From: an uncultured Clostridia bacterium
GTDB taxonomy: Bacteria; Bacillota; Clostridia; Lachnospirales; CAG-274
Reading direction: 5' to 3'
Assembly: GCA_947632235.1 (NCBI GenBank)
Contig: CANROO010000001.1
Coordinates: 1-46,691, forward strand
Length of the DNA: 46,691 bases
The position numbers were made by a program, and so were the translations under genes. Every line of letters starts with the position of its first letter. Position 1 is the first letter of the stretch. The notes beneath the pieces were generated by a model. It ran no database searches. It worked only from the letters and a program-made list of their open reading frames with translations, and was not told where the DNA came from. Of this stretch, positions 8,256 to 16,971 are shown piece by piece.

Positions 8256-8699
8256 ATGAATGGAAATTCGGACTATTACATTGTTGAAGGAAGGGTACTG
8301 CCCGATGTCTTTTTAAAGGTAGTAGAGGCAAAAAAGCTTATAGACAGAGGAGAGGTAAGCTCGGTGCAGGACGCCGTTGAGAGAGCAGGAGTGAGCAGGA
8401 GCGCTTATTACAAATATAAGGACTGCGTTTCGCCCTTGAACGGCAACACAAGGGGCAAAATAGCCGTGCTTGCATTCGACCTTGAGGACAAGGCAGGAGT
8501 GCTCTCGCTTGTGCTCAACATAATGGCGGAGCACGGAGCAAATGTGCTCACCATAAATCAGACCATACCCGTCGGAGGCGTTGCAAACGTTACAATAACG
8601 GCTGACACCGAAAATATGACGGCAGGTGTAAAAGAAATGCTTGACGGCATATCGAAAATAAAGGGAGTTTTAAGGCTCAAAATAATAGCAAGGGAGTGA
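8256..8699 (+). CDS. ACT domain-containing protein (UPF0735 / PheB-like)
   Basis: I place the start at MNGNSDYYIVEGRVLPDVF with AGAGGGTGA upstream. An N-terminal HTH-like segment is followed by the ACT segment LAFDLEDKAGVLSLVLNIMAEHGANVLTINQ. Confidence 0.75.
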   Translation: MNGNSDYYIVEGRVLPDVFLKVVEAKKLIDRGEVSSVQDAVERAGVSRSAYYKYKDCVSPLNGNTRGKIAVLAFDLEDKAGVLSLVLNIMAEHGANVLTINQTIPVGGVANVTITADTENMTAGVKEMLDGISKIKGVLRLKIIARE

Positions 8700-8705
8700 A
8701 AGGCA

Positions 8706-9947
8706 ATGGCAGTCATTGCGGTTTTAGGCTACGGCACCGTTGGCTCGGGTGTTGTGGAGGTAATGAACACCAACAAAAAGAGCATAGAATCAAGGACGGG
8801 ACAGAGCATAGACATAAAGTATGTTCTGGATCTCAGGGATTTCCCCGATGACCCCGTGCAGAAGATAATAACTCACAACTACGATGACATTTTAAACGAT
8901 GAAAGCGTAGAAGTGGTGGTAGAGGTGATGGGCGGAATAAATCCTGCTTATACATTTGTGAAGAGCGCTCTTAAAAAGGGCAAGAGCGTGTGTACATCAA
9001 ACAAGGAGCTTGTGGCGGCGCACGGCGCAGAGCTTATGCGCATTGCAAAGGAAAACAATGTAAACTTCCTCTACGAGGCTTCCGTGGGCGGAGGCATACC
9101 CATTATAAGACCCATAAACAGGAGCATAACCTCCGACAAGATAGAGGGCATAACGGGCATATTGAACGGCACCACCAACTATATGCTCTCCAAGATGACA
9201 GAGGACGGCATGGAGTATGACGATGTGCTCAAAATAGCTCAGGAGAAGGGCTATGCGGAGAGAAATCCCGCGGCAGATGTGGAGGGCCACGATGCCTGCA
9301 GAAAGATAGCCATACTTGCTTCTCTCGCTACCGAAAAAACGGTGAGCTATGAGGACATATATACCGAGGGCATAACGAATATTTCAAAGACCGACATAGA
9401 GTATGTAAAGCATATGGGCTGTGCCGTAAAGCTTCTTGCCTCGGCAGGCTTTACGGACGGCAGGGTATGGGCAAGAGTTGCGCCTGCCATTGTCGACAAG
9501 GACAGCCCCATGAATATGGTAAACAATGTGTTCAATGCAATACTTTTAAGAGGCAATATGCTTGGCGATGTAATGTTCTACGGCAGAGGCGCGGGCAAGC
9601 TCCCCACGGCTGCCGCTGTGGTATCGGATATAGTTGACGCAGTGAAGCACAAGCATGTGAATCTCGGCATAGGCTGGTCAGAGCAGAAGCAGGAGCTTGA
9701 AAGCATAGACAGCATAAGCGTGAGAAAATTTGTAAGAATAGAATATGACGACATAGACAGAGCAAAATCTGCCATAAAGCATATATTTAAAACGGAGGAG
9801 TTTATGGAATACTTCGACGGCGAGCTTGCCTTCGTGACCGACAAGGCTGAGGAGGGCGACATAAACGACAGGCTCAATATGCTTTTGAACAGCGAGGGTA
9901 TTTCCGACATACTCAATACAATAAGAATGGAAGACATGGAGGCATAA
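8706..9947 (+). CDS. hom: Homoserine dehydrogenase
   Basis: VLGYGTVGSG NAD-binding start, SNKELVA, EASVGGGIPII, and a C-terminal ACT-like tail. Confidence 0.9.
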   Translation: MAVIAVLGYGTVGSGVVEVMNTNKKSIESRTGQSIDIKYVLDLRDFPDDPVQKIITHNYDDILNDESVEVVVEVMGGINPAYTFVKSALKKGKSVCTSNKELVAAHGAELMRIAKENNVNFLYEASVGGGIPIIRPINRSITSDKIEGITGILNGTTNYMLSKMTEDGMEYDDVLKIAQEKGYAERNPAADVEGHDACRKIAILASLATEKTVSYEDIYTEGITNISKTDIEYVKHMGCAVKLLASAGFTDGRVWARVAPAIVDKDSPMNMVNNVFNAILLRGNMLGDVMFYGRGAGKLPTAAAVVSDIVDAVKHKHVNLGIGWSEQKQELESIDSISVRKFVRIEYDDIDRAKSAIKHIFKTEEFMEYFDGELAFVTDKAEEGDINDRLNMLLNSEGISDILNTIRMEDMEA

Positions 9948-9951
9948 TATT

Positions 9952-11178
9952 ATGTTGATAGTAAAGAAATTCGGCGGTTCATCGGTGGCAAATGCCGAAA
10001 GAATAAAGCATGTTGCCGAAACTATAGTCAAGAGCTATAAGGAGGGCAACAGGGTAGTTGTTGTGCTGAGCGCTCAGGGCGACACAACGGACGAGCTTAT
10101 AGAAAAGGCGGCTGAGATAAATCCCAACGCAAGCAAAAGAGAGATGGATATGCTCCTCTCCACGGGCGAACAGCAGTCCGTGGCTCTCATGGCTATGGCT
10201 ATAGAGGCTCTCGGCTATCCCGTTATTTCGCTCAACGCCTTTCAGTGCAAGATATATTCCACATCCACCCACGGTAACGCAAGGATAAAGGATATATCCA
10301 CGGAGAGGATAATAAACGAGCTTGAAAGAAAGAACATTGTTATAATAACAGGTTTCCAGGGCTACAACAGACGACTTGATGTGACAACGCTCGGAAGAGG
10401 AGGCTCCGACACCTCGGCAGTCGCTCTTGCGGCAAAGCTCGGCGCTGACCTCTGCGAGATCTATACGGATGTGGACGGCGTTTACACCTGCGATCCCAGA
10501 ATAGTGAAAAATGCCAGAAAGCTGGACGAGATAACATATGACGAAATGCTGGAGCTTGCAAGCCTCGGCGCAAAGGTGCTTCACAACCGTTCCGTAGAGC
10601 TTGCCAAGAAATATAATGTAAATTTAGTTGTACGCAGTTCCATGCACGATACCGAAGGAACAGTTGTTAAGGAGGAAACAAAAGTGGAAAAAATGCTGGT
10701 AAACGGCGTTGCCGTAGATAACGATGTTGCAAGAATATCCGTAATAGGAGTTAAGGATAAGCCGGGCGTGGCATTCAAGCTTTTCTCGCTCATGGCTCAG
10801 AAGAAGATAAGCGTTGACCTTATAATTCAGTCCATAGGCCGAAACGACACAAAGGATATATCCTTCACGGTCACAAGAGGCGAGATGGAAGAGGCTGTTA
10901 AGATACTCGATGCCAACAAGGAGAGAATAGGCTTTGAGAGCATAAGCTACAATGACAAGGTGGCTAAGGTGTCCGCAGTGGGCGCAGGCATGGCTACAAA
11001 CCCCGGCGTAGCTTCCACATTCTTCGAGGCGCTCTATGACGCAGGAATAAATGTAAAGATGATCTCCACATCGGAGATAAAAATATCCGTGCTCGTAGAT
11101 GAAAATAAGGCTAACGCCGCAGCCGAAGCCATACATGATAAGTTCATAAGCGAAGGCATACAGGCAGGAAATAACTAA
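9952..11178 (+). CDS. lysC: Aspartate kinase (monofunctional, two C-terminal ACT domains)
   Basis: Motifs MLIVKKFGGSSVAN, LGRGGSDTSAVALAA and IYTDVDGVYTCDPR. Confidence 0.9.
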   Translation: MLIVKKFGGSSVANAERIKHVAETIVKSYKEGNRVVVVLSAQGDTTDELIEKAAEINPNASKREMDMLLSTGEQQSVALMAMAIEALGYPVISLNAFQCKIYSTSTHGNARIKDISTERIINELERKNIVIITGFQGYNRRLDVTTLGRGGSDTSAVALAAKLGADLCEIYTDVDGVYTCDPRIVKNARKLDEITYDEMLELASLGAKVLHNRSVELAKKYNVNLVVRSSMHDTEGTVVKEETKVEKMLVNGVAVDNDVARISVIGVKDKPGVAFKLFSLMAQKKISVDLIIQSIGRNDTKDISFTVTRGEMEEAVKILDANKERIGFESISYNDKVAKVSAVGAGMATNPGVASTFFEALYDAGINVKMISTSEIKISVLVDENKANAAAEAIHDKFISEGIQAGNN

Positions 11179-11184
11179 GAAGGA

Positions 11185-11212
11185 AAGGAAGCGGTTGACG
11201 CTTCCTTTTTAA
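11185..11212 (+). terminator. Intrinsic terminator after the aspartokinase gene
   Basis: Stem aaggaagcg / cgcttcctt followed by a T-run. Confidence 0.65.
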
Positions 11213-11290
11213 CTATCAATTAAGCTTTAAATAAATTTTTTATACATAAATATGTATCGTTTTTTACTTTTTAAAAAGGAAAAAATATTT

Positions 11291-11510
11291 CTTCTTTTTG
11301 CGCACAAAAAGAAGCAAAAAGCGTGGGGAATTTTCGATATTCCCCACACCCCTCACGACTTTTGTGCCTCATCGGTTGGTGGAATTAATACCGCACAAAA
11401 GAATCACTACAGTGCGAGCTTTTCGCTACCTGAGCCTACGGCTCAGACAAGCGGCTCGCACGAGCAGACATCCGGTATAATGTAGGGGCGTGCATTGCAC
11501 GCCCACTCCC
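11291..11510. repeat. Hairpin-dense modular intergenic repeat, short copy (inverted relative to 30782-31095)
   Basis: 11291-11325 is an exact 35/35 reverse complement of 31061-31095. 11345-11480 matches the reverse complement of 30782-30917 at roughly 88% (hand alignment). Nested stems GTGCGAGC..GCTCGCAC and CTGAGCC-GTA-GGCTCAG; terminal hairpin ggggcgtgcattgcacgccc. Confidence 0.85.
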
Positions 11511-11568
11511 CCAAGAAAGTATTGACGGAAGAGCCTTGTTTGCATTAAGATACTTTTTGACAATCTAA

Positions 11569-11596
11569 AGCGGGCTGAGGTTTCCTCAGCCCGCTA
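11569..11596 (-). terminator. Hairpin immediately downstream of the acetamidase-family gene
   Basis: A 12-bp stem agcgggctgagg / cctcagcccgct starts 5 nt after the stop. The U-tract is weak. Confidence 0.5.
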
Positions 11597-11600
11597 TTAT

Positions 11601-13154
11601 TTAATAGCCTATATTACCTGTTATTGTAACATTGTCTGTAGACCAGTTAAGAGGTATATCCATAAGTTCAAGCACGGCTTCTGTGGGAACATAAAGCTTT
11701 CCGTTTTCATAATAGGGCGACTTTGTAAGAGTTTTTGTTTCGCCGTTTTTCATATATTTGTTGGAACCCATTTTAAAGGTATATACCGAATTGTTATATT
11801 TTACATTTAATACGGTGCCCGAATCCGTATAGCTGCAATCCGCTTTAAGCAGGCCGAATATTTCGTCTGCCTTTGCATATATGCCGTCATCGCGTATATA
11901 TGCGGGTATGGTCTTTCCGTTTCCTTTAAGATTGATATTTACAAAGTTTCTGAAATCCTTCTTTGAAACAAGAGCATGAATGCCTTTTGTTTTGTCAACA
12001 GCCTGTGATACCTCATAGTCGGTCGCACCGCTCAAATATGCGTATACCACTTTTCTGTCTATGCCGAGCTGTTCCGAAAGAAAATCTATGGATTCTCTTA
12101 CGGACTGTTTCATTGCCTCATCCAGATCCTCATTAAGACCTACCGGTATCCAGTAGTCCTCGGTCTCGCCGAAGGCCATATCAAAATTATTCACATCGCC
12201 GGGGATCTGTGAAGAGCCTTTTTTAAGTACCGTAAGTCTAAGATCGCCTCTTAAAGAGCCTTCCAATGCAGTAAGTGCAACTTCGCCGTCTCCCTGTACA
12301 AAGTGAGGATCGCCTGTGAAGAAAAGTGCGCCTGCGACCTCTACGGGAAGGTAAAGTGTACTTCCTACACCCAGCTCGTTTATGTCAAGATTTCCGCCCA
12401 GCTTCGTGGGTGGTATGGAGCTCGGTACTTCATCCGAATCTGCGGCTGTACCCATTATGCCGAGGAACGGATCTATGGGGAAGGTTATTTCCTTGCCGTT
12501 TTCGTTCAGATAAGCCACATATCCTTCACCCTGCTTTCTTATTGGAGCAAATATGGATACATTATTGTACTTTTCATAATTTTCGGGGCTTGCGCCTTCA
12601 AGTCTTCCCTCATTTTCCGGAAATTCATTTACAAGCACACCCTTAAAATGCCTGTTGGATATTACTCCGTACGGCACTCTTGGTGTGAGCGAGAGCACTT
12701 CTACTTTTAATACGTCTCCCGGTTCTGCACCTTCTACATATACAGGTCCTGTAACGATGTGAGGACCGTCTCCGTCAAAGTCGTGGGTTTTGTCGGCAGC
12801 GGTTATTTCAATACCCTCTTTAAGTATCCGGTCTTCGCTTACTCCCTTGGATTTGAAGTATTTAACGGGATCCTTTCCCTGATCCTCAAGGAGTCCCTCG
12901 TGTGAGAGTGTGTCTACTGTTATCGTACTGCCCGATTTTACCGTGAGAACAGGCTTTGAATTTCTGTTGGGAAGTCTGCCCCATGTAATGGTGTCCGGAT
13001 TTGTGGGCAGATAATATTCGCCCGCAATAACGCCGTCGTTTTTATCCTGAAGTATTTCAAATGCCGTATCTTCGGCAGCAGACGCATAACACGGAATGCT
13101 TGCGGCAAAAACAGCCGAGAGTAAAAATATGTTTAATTTTTTAATCATACGCAT
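11601..13154 (-). CDS. Secreted acetamidase/formamidase-family protein fused to a C-terminal copper-amine-oxidase-N-terminal-like (cell-surface stalk) domain
   Basis: Start MRMIKKLNIFLLSAVFAASIPCYASA (signal peptide, AAAGGAGA upstream). FmdA/AmdA-type core GGNLDINELGVGSTLYLPV ... FFTGDPHFVQGDGEV. C-terminal NGKLYVPTEAVLELMDIPLNWSTDNVTI. Confidence 0.75.
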   Translation of the reverse strand: MRMIKKLNIFLLSAVFAASIPCYASAAEDTAFEILQDKNDGVIAGEYYLPTNPDTITWGRLPNRNSKPVLTVKSGSTITVDTLSHEGLLEDQGKDPVKYFKSKGVSEDRILKEGIEITAADKTHDFDGDGPHIVTGPVYVEGAEPGDVLKVEVLSLTPRVPYGVISNRHFKGVLVNEFPENEGRLEGASPENYEKYNNVSIFAPIRKQGEGYVAYLNENGKEITFPIDPFLGIMGTAADSDEVPSSIPPTKLGGNLDINELGVGSTLYLPVEVAGALFFTGDPHFVQGDGEVALTALEGSLRGDLRLTVLKKGSSQIPGDVNNFDMAFGETEDYWIPVGLNEDLDEAMKQSVRESIDFLSEQLGIDRKVVYAYLSGATDYEVSQAVDKTKGIHALVSKKDFRNFVNINLKGNGKTIPAYIRDDGIYAKADEIFGLLKADCSYTDSGTVLNVKYNNSVYTFKMGSNKYMKNGETKTLTKSPYYENGKLYVPTEAVLELMDIPLNWSTDNVTITGNIGY

Positions 13155-13220
13155 AATAATATCTCCTTTCAATATATTTATTGTTAAATAACGGTTTTAA
13201 TGTTTTGCAAAACAATAAAC

Positions 13221-13249
13221 GGCAGAGACAACACAATGTCGTCTCTGCC
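13221..13249 (-). terminator. Probable terminator downstream of cstA
   Basis: Stem ggcagagac / gtctctgcc; on the minus strand it is followed by GTTTATTGTTTT. Confidence 0.45.
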
Positions 13250-13412
13250 ATTTACAATATTAAAGCATATTGAAAATTTTTTTTCAAGAGTAAAAATTTA
13301 TAAAAATATTTTAAAATCTACATTTTGTTTTGTAAAAATTTTCTAGTCTTTATTTTCGGCTTTCAGTTTGTTTTGCGGTGCCGTTACCTTATTTTATATC
13401 GGTTTTACATTC

Positions 13413-15104
13413 TCACGCCTTAGCCGAACTGACCTTCTCCGTAAGCGCCTTAAGACCGCTTAACGAAACGATTATACCAAGTATGAACAGAGCTATTGCA
13501 AATGCAAGCTGGAGTATATCTCCGCCCATGTTCTGAGTTGTGGCTGTGAAAACGCCCATAGACTTGGTGTAGATAGTTATGCCGAGCATTGAAAGAGTAA
13601 CAATAAGCATAATTATCATAGGTATCCAAAGCATCCAGCCCTGTCTGTTTGTCTTCTTGAAGAATACTGCGCAGGCAATGAGGGCAAGTGCCGAAAGAAG
13701 CTGATTTGCCGAGCCGAACAGAGGCCATATATTCTGATAGCCTACCTTGGCAAGTGCAAAAGCAACTGCAAGCGTTGCAATTGTTGAGAAGTACTTGTTT
13801 GTACATACCTTTGCAACGGGTCCCAAGTTCTCCTCGTCCGTTCCTGCGTCAATGAAGAATTCCTCAAATGCAAGTCTGCCTATTCTGGCAACTGAGTCGA
13901 GAGATGTAAGAGCAAATGCAGAAACCGAAAGAGTGATGAGCGTTCTGCTTATGTCTGCGGGTACGCCTATCTTAACAAGGAAGCCCGCAACACCCTCTGC
14001 AAATATCTGGGGCTGTGTCATGTCGGGTATAACTCCGCCGACTGCAACAGCGCCGACTGCTATAAGAGCTATTACCGCAAGCATACTCTCCATAAGCATT
14101 GCGCCGAATGCAACGGGGAGCATATTCTTTTCGTTCTTTATCTGCTTTGAAGCAGTACCCGATGATACGAGTGAATGGAAGCCCGAAACAGCACCGCAGG
14201 CTATTGTTACGAAAAGATACGGGAAAAGCGTCTGTCCGTTAACTGTAAAGCCGTTGAATGCCGCAAGCTCCATTGTGGGATTTGCAACTATGATGCCCAA
14301 TACAGCGGCAACTATCATTGCCACGAGAAGATAACTGTTGAGGTAATCTCTGGGCTGGAGCAATATCCAAACGGGAGCTATGGAGGCTACCGCGATGTAA
14401 ATAAATACTATGATGTGCCATGTGCCTGTGCTCATGTATACGGGGAATAAAAGTCCCAAAGCTATACAAGCCACAAGTATAACTATTGCTATAGCCGTAT
14501 TTATCCACTTGTTGAGCTTGCTCCTTCTTAAGAATACGCCAAGACCTACGGCAGCTATAATGAATATAACGCTTGTCATGGCTACCTGACCGCCTGCAAG
14601 GTTCTGTGTTACCTCGCCTGCCTCGCTCACATTAAAGCCGTTGAAGGTGTTGCACACAACATCGGCGAAGGCTGCGATAACGAGTATAGAGAACAGCCAT
14701 GTGAATATCATAAAGAGCTTCTTGCCGATCTTGCCAATGTAGAGCTCGATTATGTAGCCTATAGTTCTGCCCTTGTTCTTGACAGAAGCATACATAGAAG
14801 CAAAGTCCTGAACGGCTCCGAAGAACACACCGCCTATAAGTATCCACAAAAGCACGGGTACCCAGCCGAAAACAGCCGCCTGTATGGGGCCGTTTATGGG
14901 ACCTGCGCCCGCTATGGATGCAAACTGGTGACCGAACACCACGTTTGTGTCTGCGGGAACGTAGTCAACGCCGTCCTCAAGCTCGTAAGCGGGAGTTTTG
15001 GCATTTTCGTCAATACCCCAAAGGTTTGCGAGGTATCTGCCGTAAATGAGATAAGCTCCGCCTAATACAACGATTGCAATGATCATCATTACTAAACCAC
15101 TCAC
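13413..15104 (-). CDS. cstA: Carbon starvation protein A (peptide/pyruvate transporter family)
   Basis: 563-aa polytopic membrane protein with HQFASIAGAGPINGPI and CGAVSGFHSLVSSGT. Confidence 0.9.
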   Translation of the reverse strand: MSGLVMMIIAIVVLGGAYLIYGRYLANLWGIDENAKTPAYELEDGVDYVPADTNVVFGHQFASIAGAGPINGPIQAAVFGWVPVLLWILIGGVFFGAVQDFASMYASVKNKGRTIGYIIELYIGKIGKKLFMIFTWLFSILVIAAFADVVCNTFNGFNVSEAGEVTQNLAGGQVAMTSVIFIIAAVGLGVFLRRSKLNKWINTAIAIVILVACIALGLLFPVYMSTGTWHIIVFIYIAVASIAPVWILLQPRDYLNSYLLVAMIVAAVLGIIVANPTMELAAFNGFTVNGQTLFPYLFVTIACGAVSGFHSLVSSGTASKQIKNEKNMLPVAFGAMLMESMLAVIALIAVGAVAVGGVIPDMTQPQIFAEGVAGFLVKIGVPADISRTLITLSVSAFALTSLDSVARIGRLAFEEFFIDAGTDEENLGPVAKVCTNKYFSTIATLAVAFALAKVGYQNIWPLFGSANQLLSALALIACAVFFKKTNRQGWMLWIPMIIMLIVTLSMLGITIYTKSMGVFTATTQNMGGDILQLAFAIALFILGIIVSLSGLKALTEKVSSAKA

Positions 15105-15281
15105 AATGATTTCCTCCTTTATAAAATTTTTAAGGGCAGAAAAAAAATATAGAAAATATTTTTTGTCCGCTCATTTTCATTCACTCTTAATTTTACAACA
15201 AATTTAAGTAAATTACAACATAAAATTAAGTTTTTTTAAGCTTAACTTCAAGAAATTATTGCAAGCGGTTTTTTATATGTA

Positions 15282-16262
15282 TCATGTTTTTATGTAAGCT
15301 ACGGCAAAATCCCTCTGAATAAGCGCCTCGTCAAGCTTATTTGCTATGCCTGTGGGCACGAAGCTCCTTGAAAGGGCAAAAAATTCCTCCAGAGTGGACA
15401 CAAAACGGCGGGGATATTCCAGCACTATCTTAAGCGCGTTATAATCATAGTCCGAAAGCGAGGTATAGCGCGTGTACTTCGCCAGCGCTTCCTCAAGCCC
15501 CATGTAGCCCATGCCCTCCCTCTCGGCATAAAAGCAGTTTTTTCTTATATATCTGCCTATGAAAAAGGCTATATCCTCAATGAAGCTCAGATATTTCATG
15601 TTGTCCCAGTCAATTATGTATGTCCTGCCTTTTTTATATATTATGTTGCCCTCCTTTAAAGCGCCGTGGCAGTATGTGGCGCTGCGCCCGTAGTCCATTT
15701 CCTCGAGCCGTGTCAGAAGCTCACGGCAGTTATCTATAAGCGCGGAAAATGCCGACAGCCTTTCCTTATCCCAGTAGCGCCTGCCCTTGCTCCTTAAAAG
15801 GCGGGATATGCTTTCAAGCGATTTTTGCTTGCTCTTGTACATATTAAGCGTGTTGTTTGTATTGCCCGCGGCATAGAGCATTTCCTCGCCCATAAGCCTT
15901 AAACCCTTATGCACCCTGCCTATATCCGACAGCGCTATGCTTACCTGTGTGTTATTCATAAAGTCCAGCTCGTTGGAGCCGAAAAACCGTGTTACAACAT
16001 ATATTTTGCCCTCCTCCTCGTGATAGGGAAGCCCCTTAGAGGATGTGCAGTAGGTATCTATATTGTGTATGCCGTAGTCGTTAAGGCATTGCTTCACCCT
16101 GTGTATTTCATTTATGCCCGAGGGTCTTGGTCTTGCCAATGAAAGAGAATAAGCGCCGTTTGCGCAGTTGAGCACATAATAATAGCGATATTTGTATATA
16201 TTGAGAGGTACAATATTGAAATTTTTTGCTATCTCCGCTATATTTTCATACAAAAAAATCAC
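15282..16262 (-). CDS. CotS-family spore-coat-type protein kinase / phosphotransferase-like protein
   Basis: 326 aa with the kinase-like catalytic segment CHGALKEGNIIY ... YIIDWDNM. Size and layout are typical of clostridial CotS-family proteins. Confidence 0.55.
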   Translation of the reverse strand: MIFLYENIAEIAKNFNIVPLNIYKYRYYYVLNCANGAYSLSLARPRPSGINEIHRVKQCLNDYGIHNIDTYCTSSKGLPYHEEEGKIYVVTRFFGSNELDFMNNTQVSIALSDIGRVHKGLRLMGEEMLYAAGNTNNTLNMYKSKQKSLESISRLLRSKGRRYWDKERLSAFSALIDNCRELLTRLEEMDYGRSATYCHGALKEGNIIYKKGRTYIIDWDNMKYLSFIEDIAFFIGRYIRKNCFYAEREGMGYMGLEEALAKYTRYTSLSDYDYNALKIVLEYPRRFVSTLEEFFALSRSFVPTGIANKLDEALIQRDFAVAYIKT

Positions 16263-16376
16263 CTCCTTGTGAATAAAACGCTTTTATCTGCCTTATTCAC
16301 CACACTTTATTCTATGTGTGAGAGGTGAGGGTTATGAATTTATTTAGTTTTTATCCGTCTTTTTATATCATTAACA

Positions 16377-16860
16377 TTTTGGGGACAGTCCCTGTGCTTG
16401 TTTAGCTTTTGCAAATATAAAGCTAAATCATCACCGTTCAGTGCAGTTTTTTTGTTTCTCTGGGTCAGCATTTTCGGCTTCACCGAAAACCAGCCTTCGG
16501 CTGTCCGCATATATCTTTGCGGTGCAATGACAGTCCCCGCTTGTCGGCTTCGTATCGGCTGCCTAGCGCTGACCATAGTGCGGGGACTGTCCCGAAATTA
16601 TTGTTGTCTGTTTTTTGCTTGGGCAGTTTTATTGCTGAGAACAGTCAATAAGGCTTGTATCCGCCGGGACTGTCCCCAATATCTTCGATAAATCTTTTGG
16701 TGCAATGACAGTCCCCTGCTTGCCGGCTTCGTATCGGCTTGCCCCATACTGACGATAGTGCGGGGACTGTCCCCAATATCTTCGATAAATCTTTCGGTGC
16801 AGTCCTGCAAGTCGCCCCCTGCATTGAAAGGCAGTGCAGAATATGGCATTTGTGCCGGCT
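16377..16860. repeat. Second locus of the GGGAC(A/T)GTCCC palindrome family, with nested higher-order repeats
   Basis: Full sites at 16382-16392, 16583-16593, 16666-16676 and 16763-16773; half sites at 16529-16538 and 16707-16716. About 73-nt hairpin units occur at 16522-16593 and 16700-16774. A direct repeat gggactgtccccaatatcttcgataaatcttt occurs at 16666 and 16763 (period 97). 16578-16678 is 94% identical to 131-231. Confidence 0.9.
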
Positions 16861-16895
16861 CCCCTTCCTTTTTTTGTAATGTAATTAAACTGTAA

Positions 16896-16924
16896 TTGTA
16901 CTTAACTCTGTTTTATGTTATAAT
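16896..16924 (+). promoter_or_regulatory. Putative promoter of the envelope glycopolymer locus
   Basis: TTGTAC (16896-16901), 17-nt spacer, TATAAT (16919-16924). Confidence 0.4.
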
Positions 16925-16971
16925 TTTAATAACTGTATATAAATTGACAGAGAGTTACGGATTGGAGTAAT

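Noticed and set aside
16578-16678. The palindrome-flanked 101-nt block as an invertible promoter (inverton) for the glycan locus
   Set aside because: I could find no convincing -35/-10 pair on either strand inside the block. A good promoter lies outside it at 16896-16924, and no recombinase is nearby. It is kept only as a testable alternative in the repeat finding.
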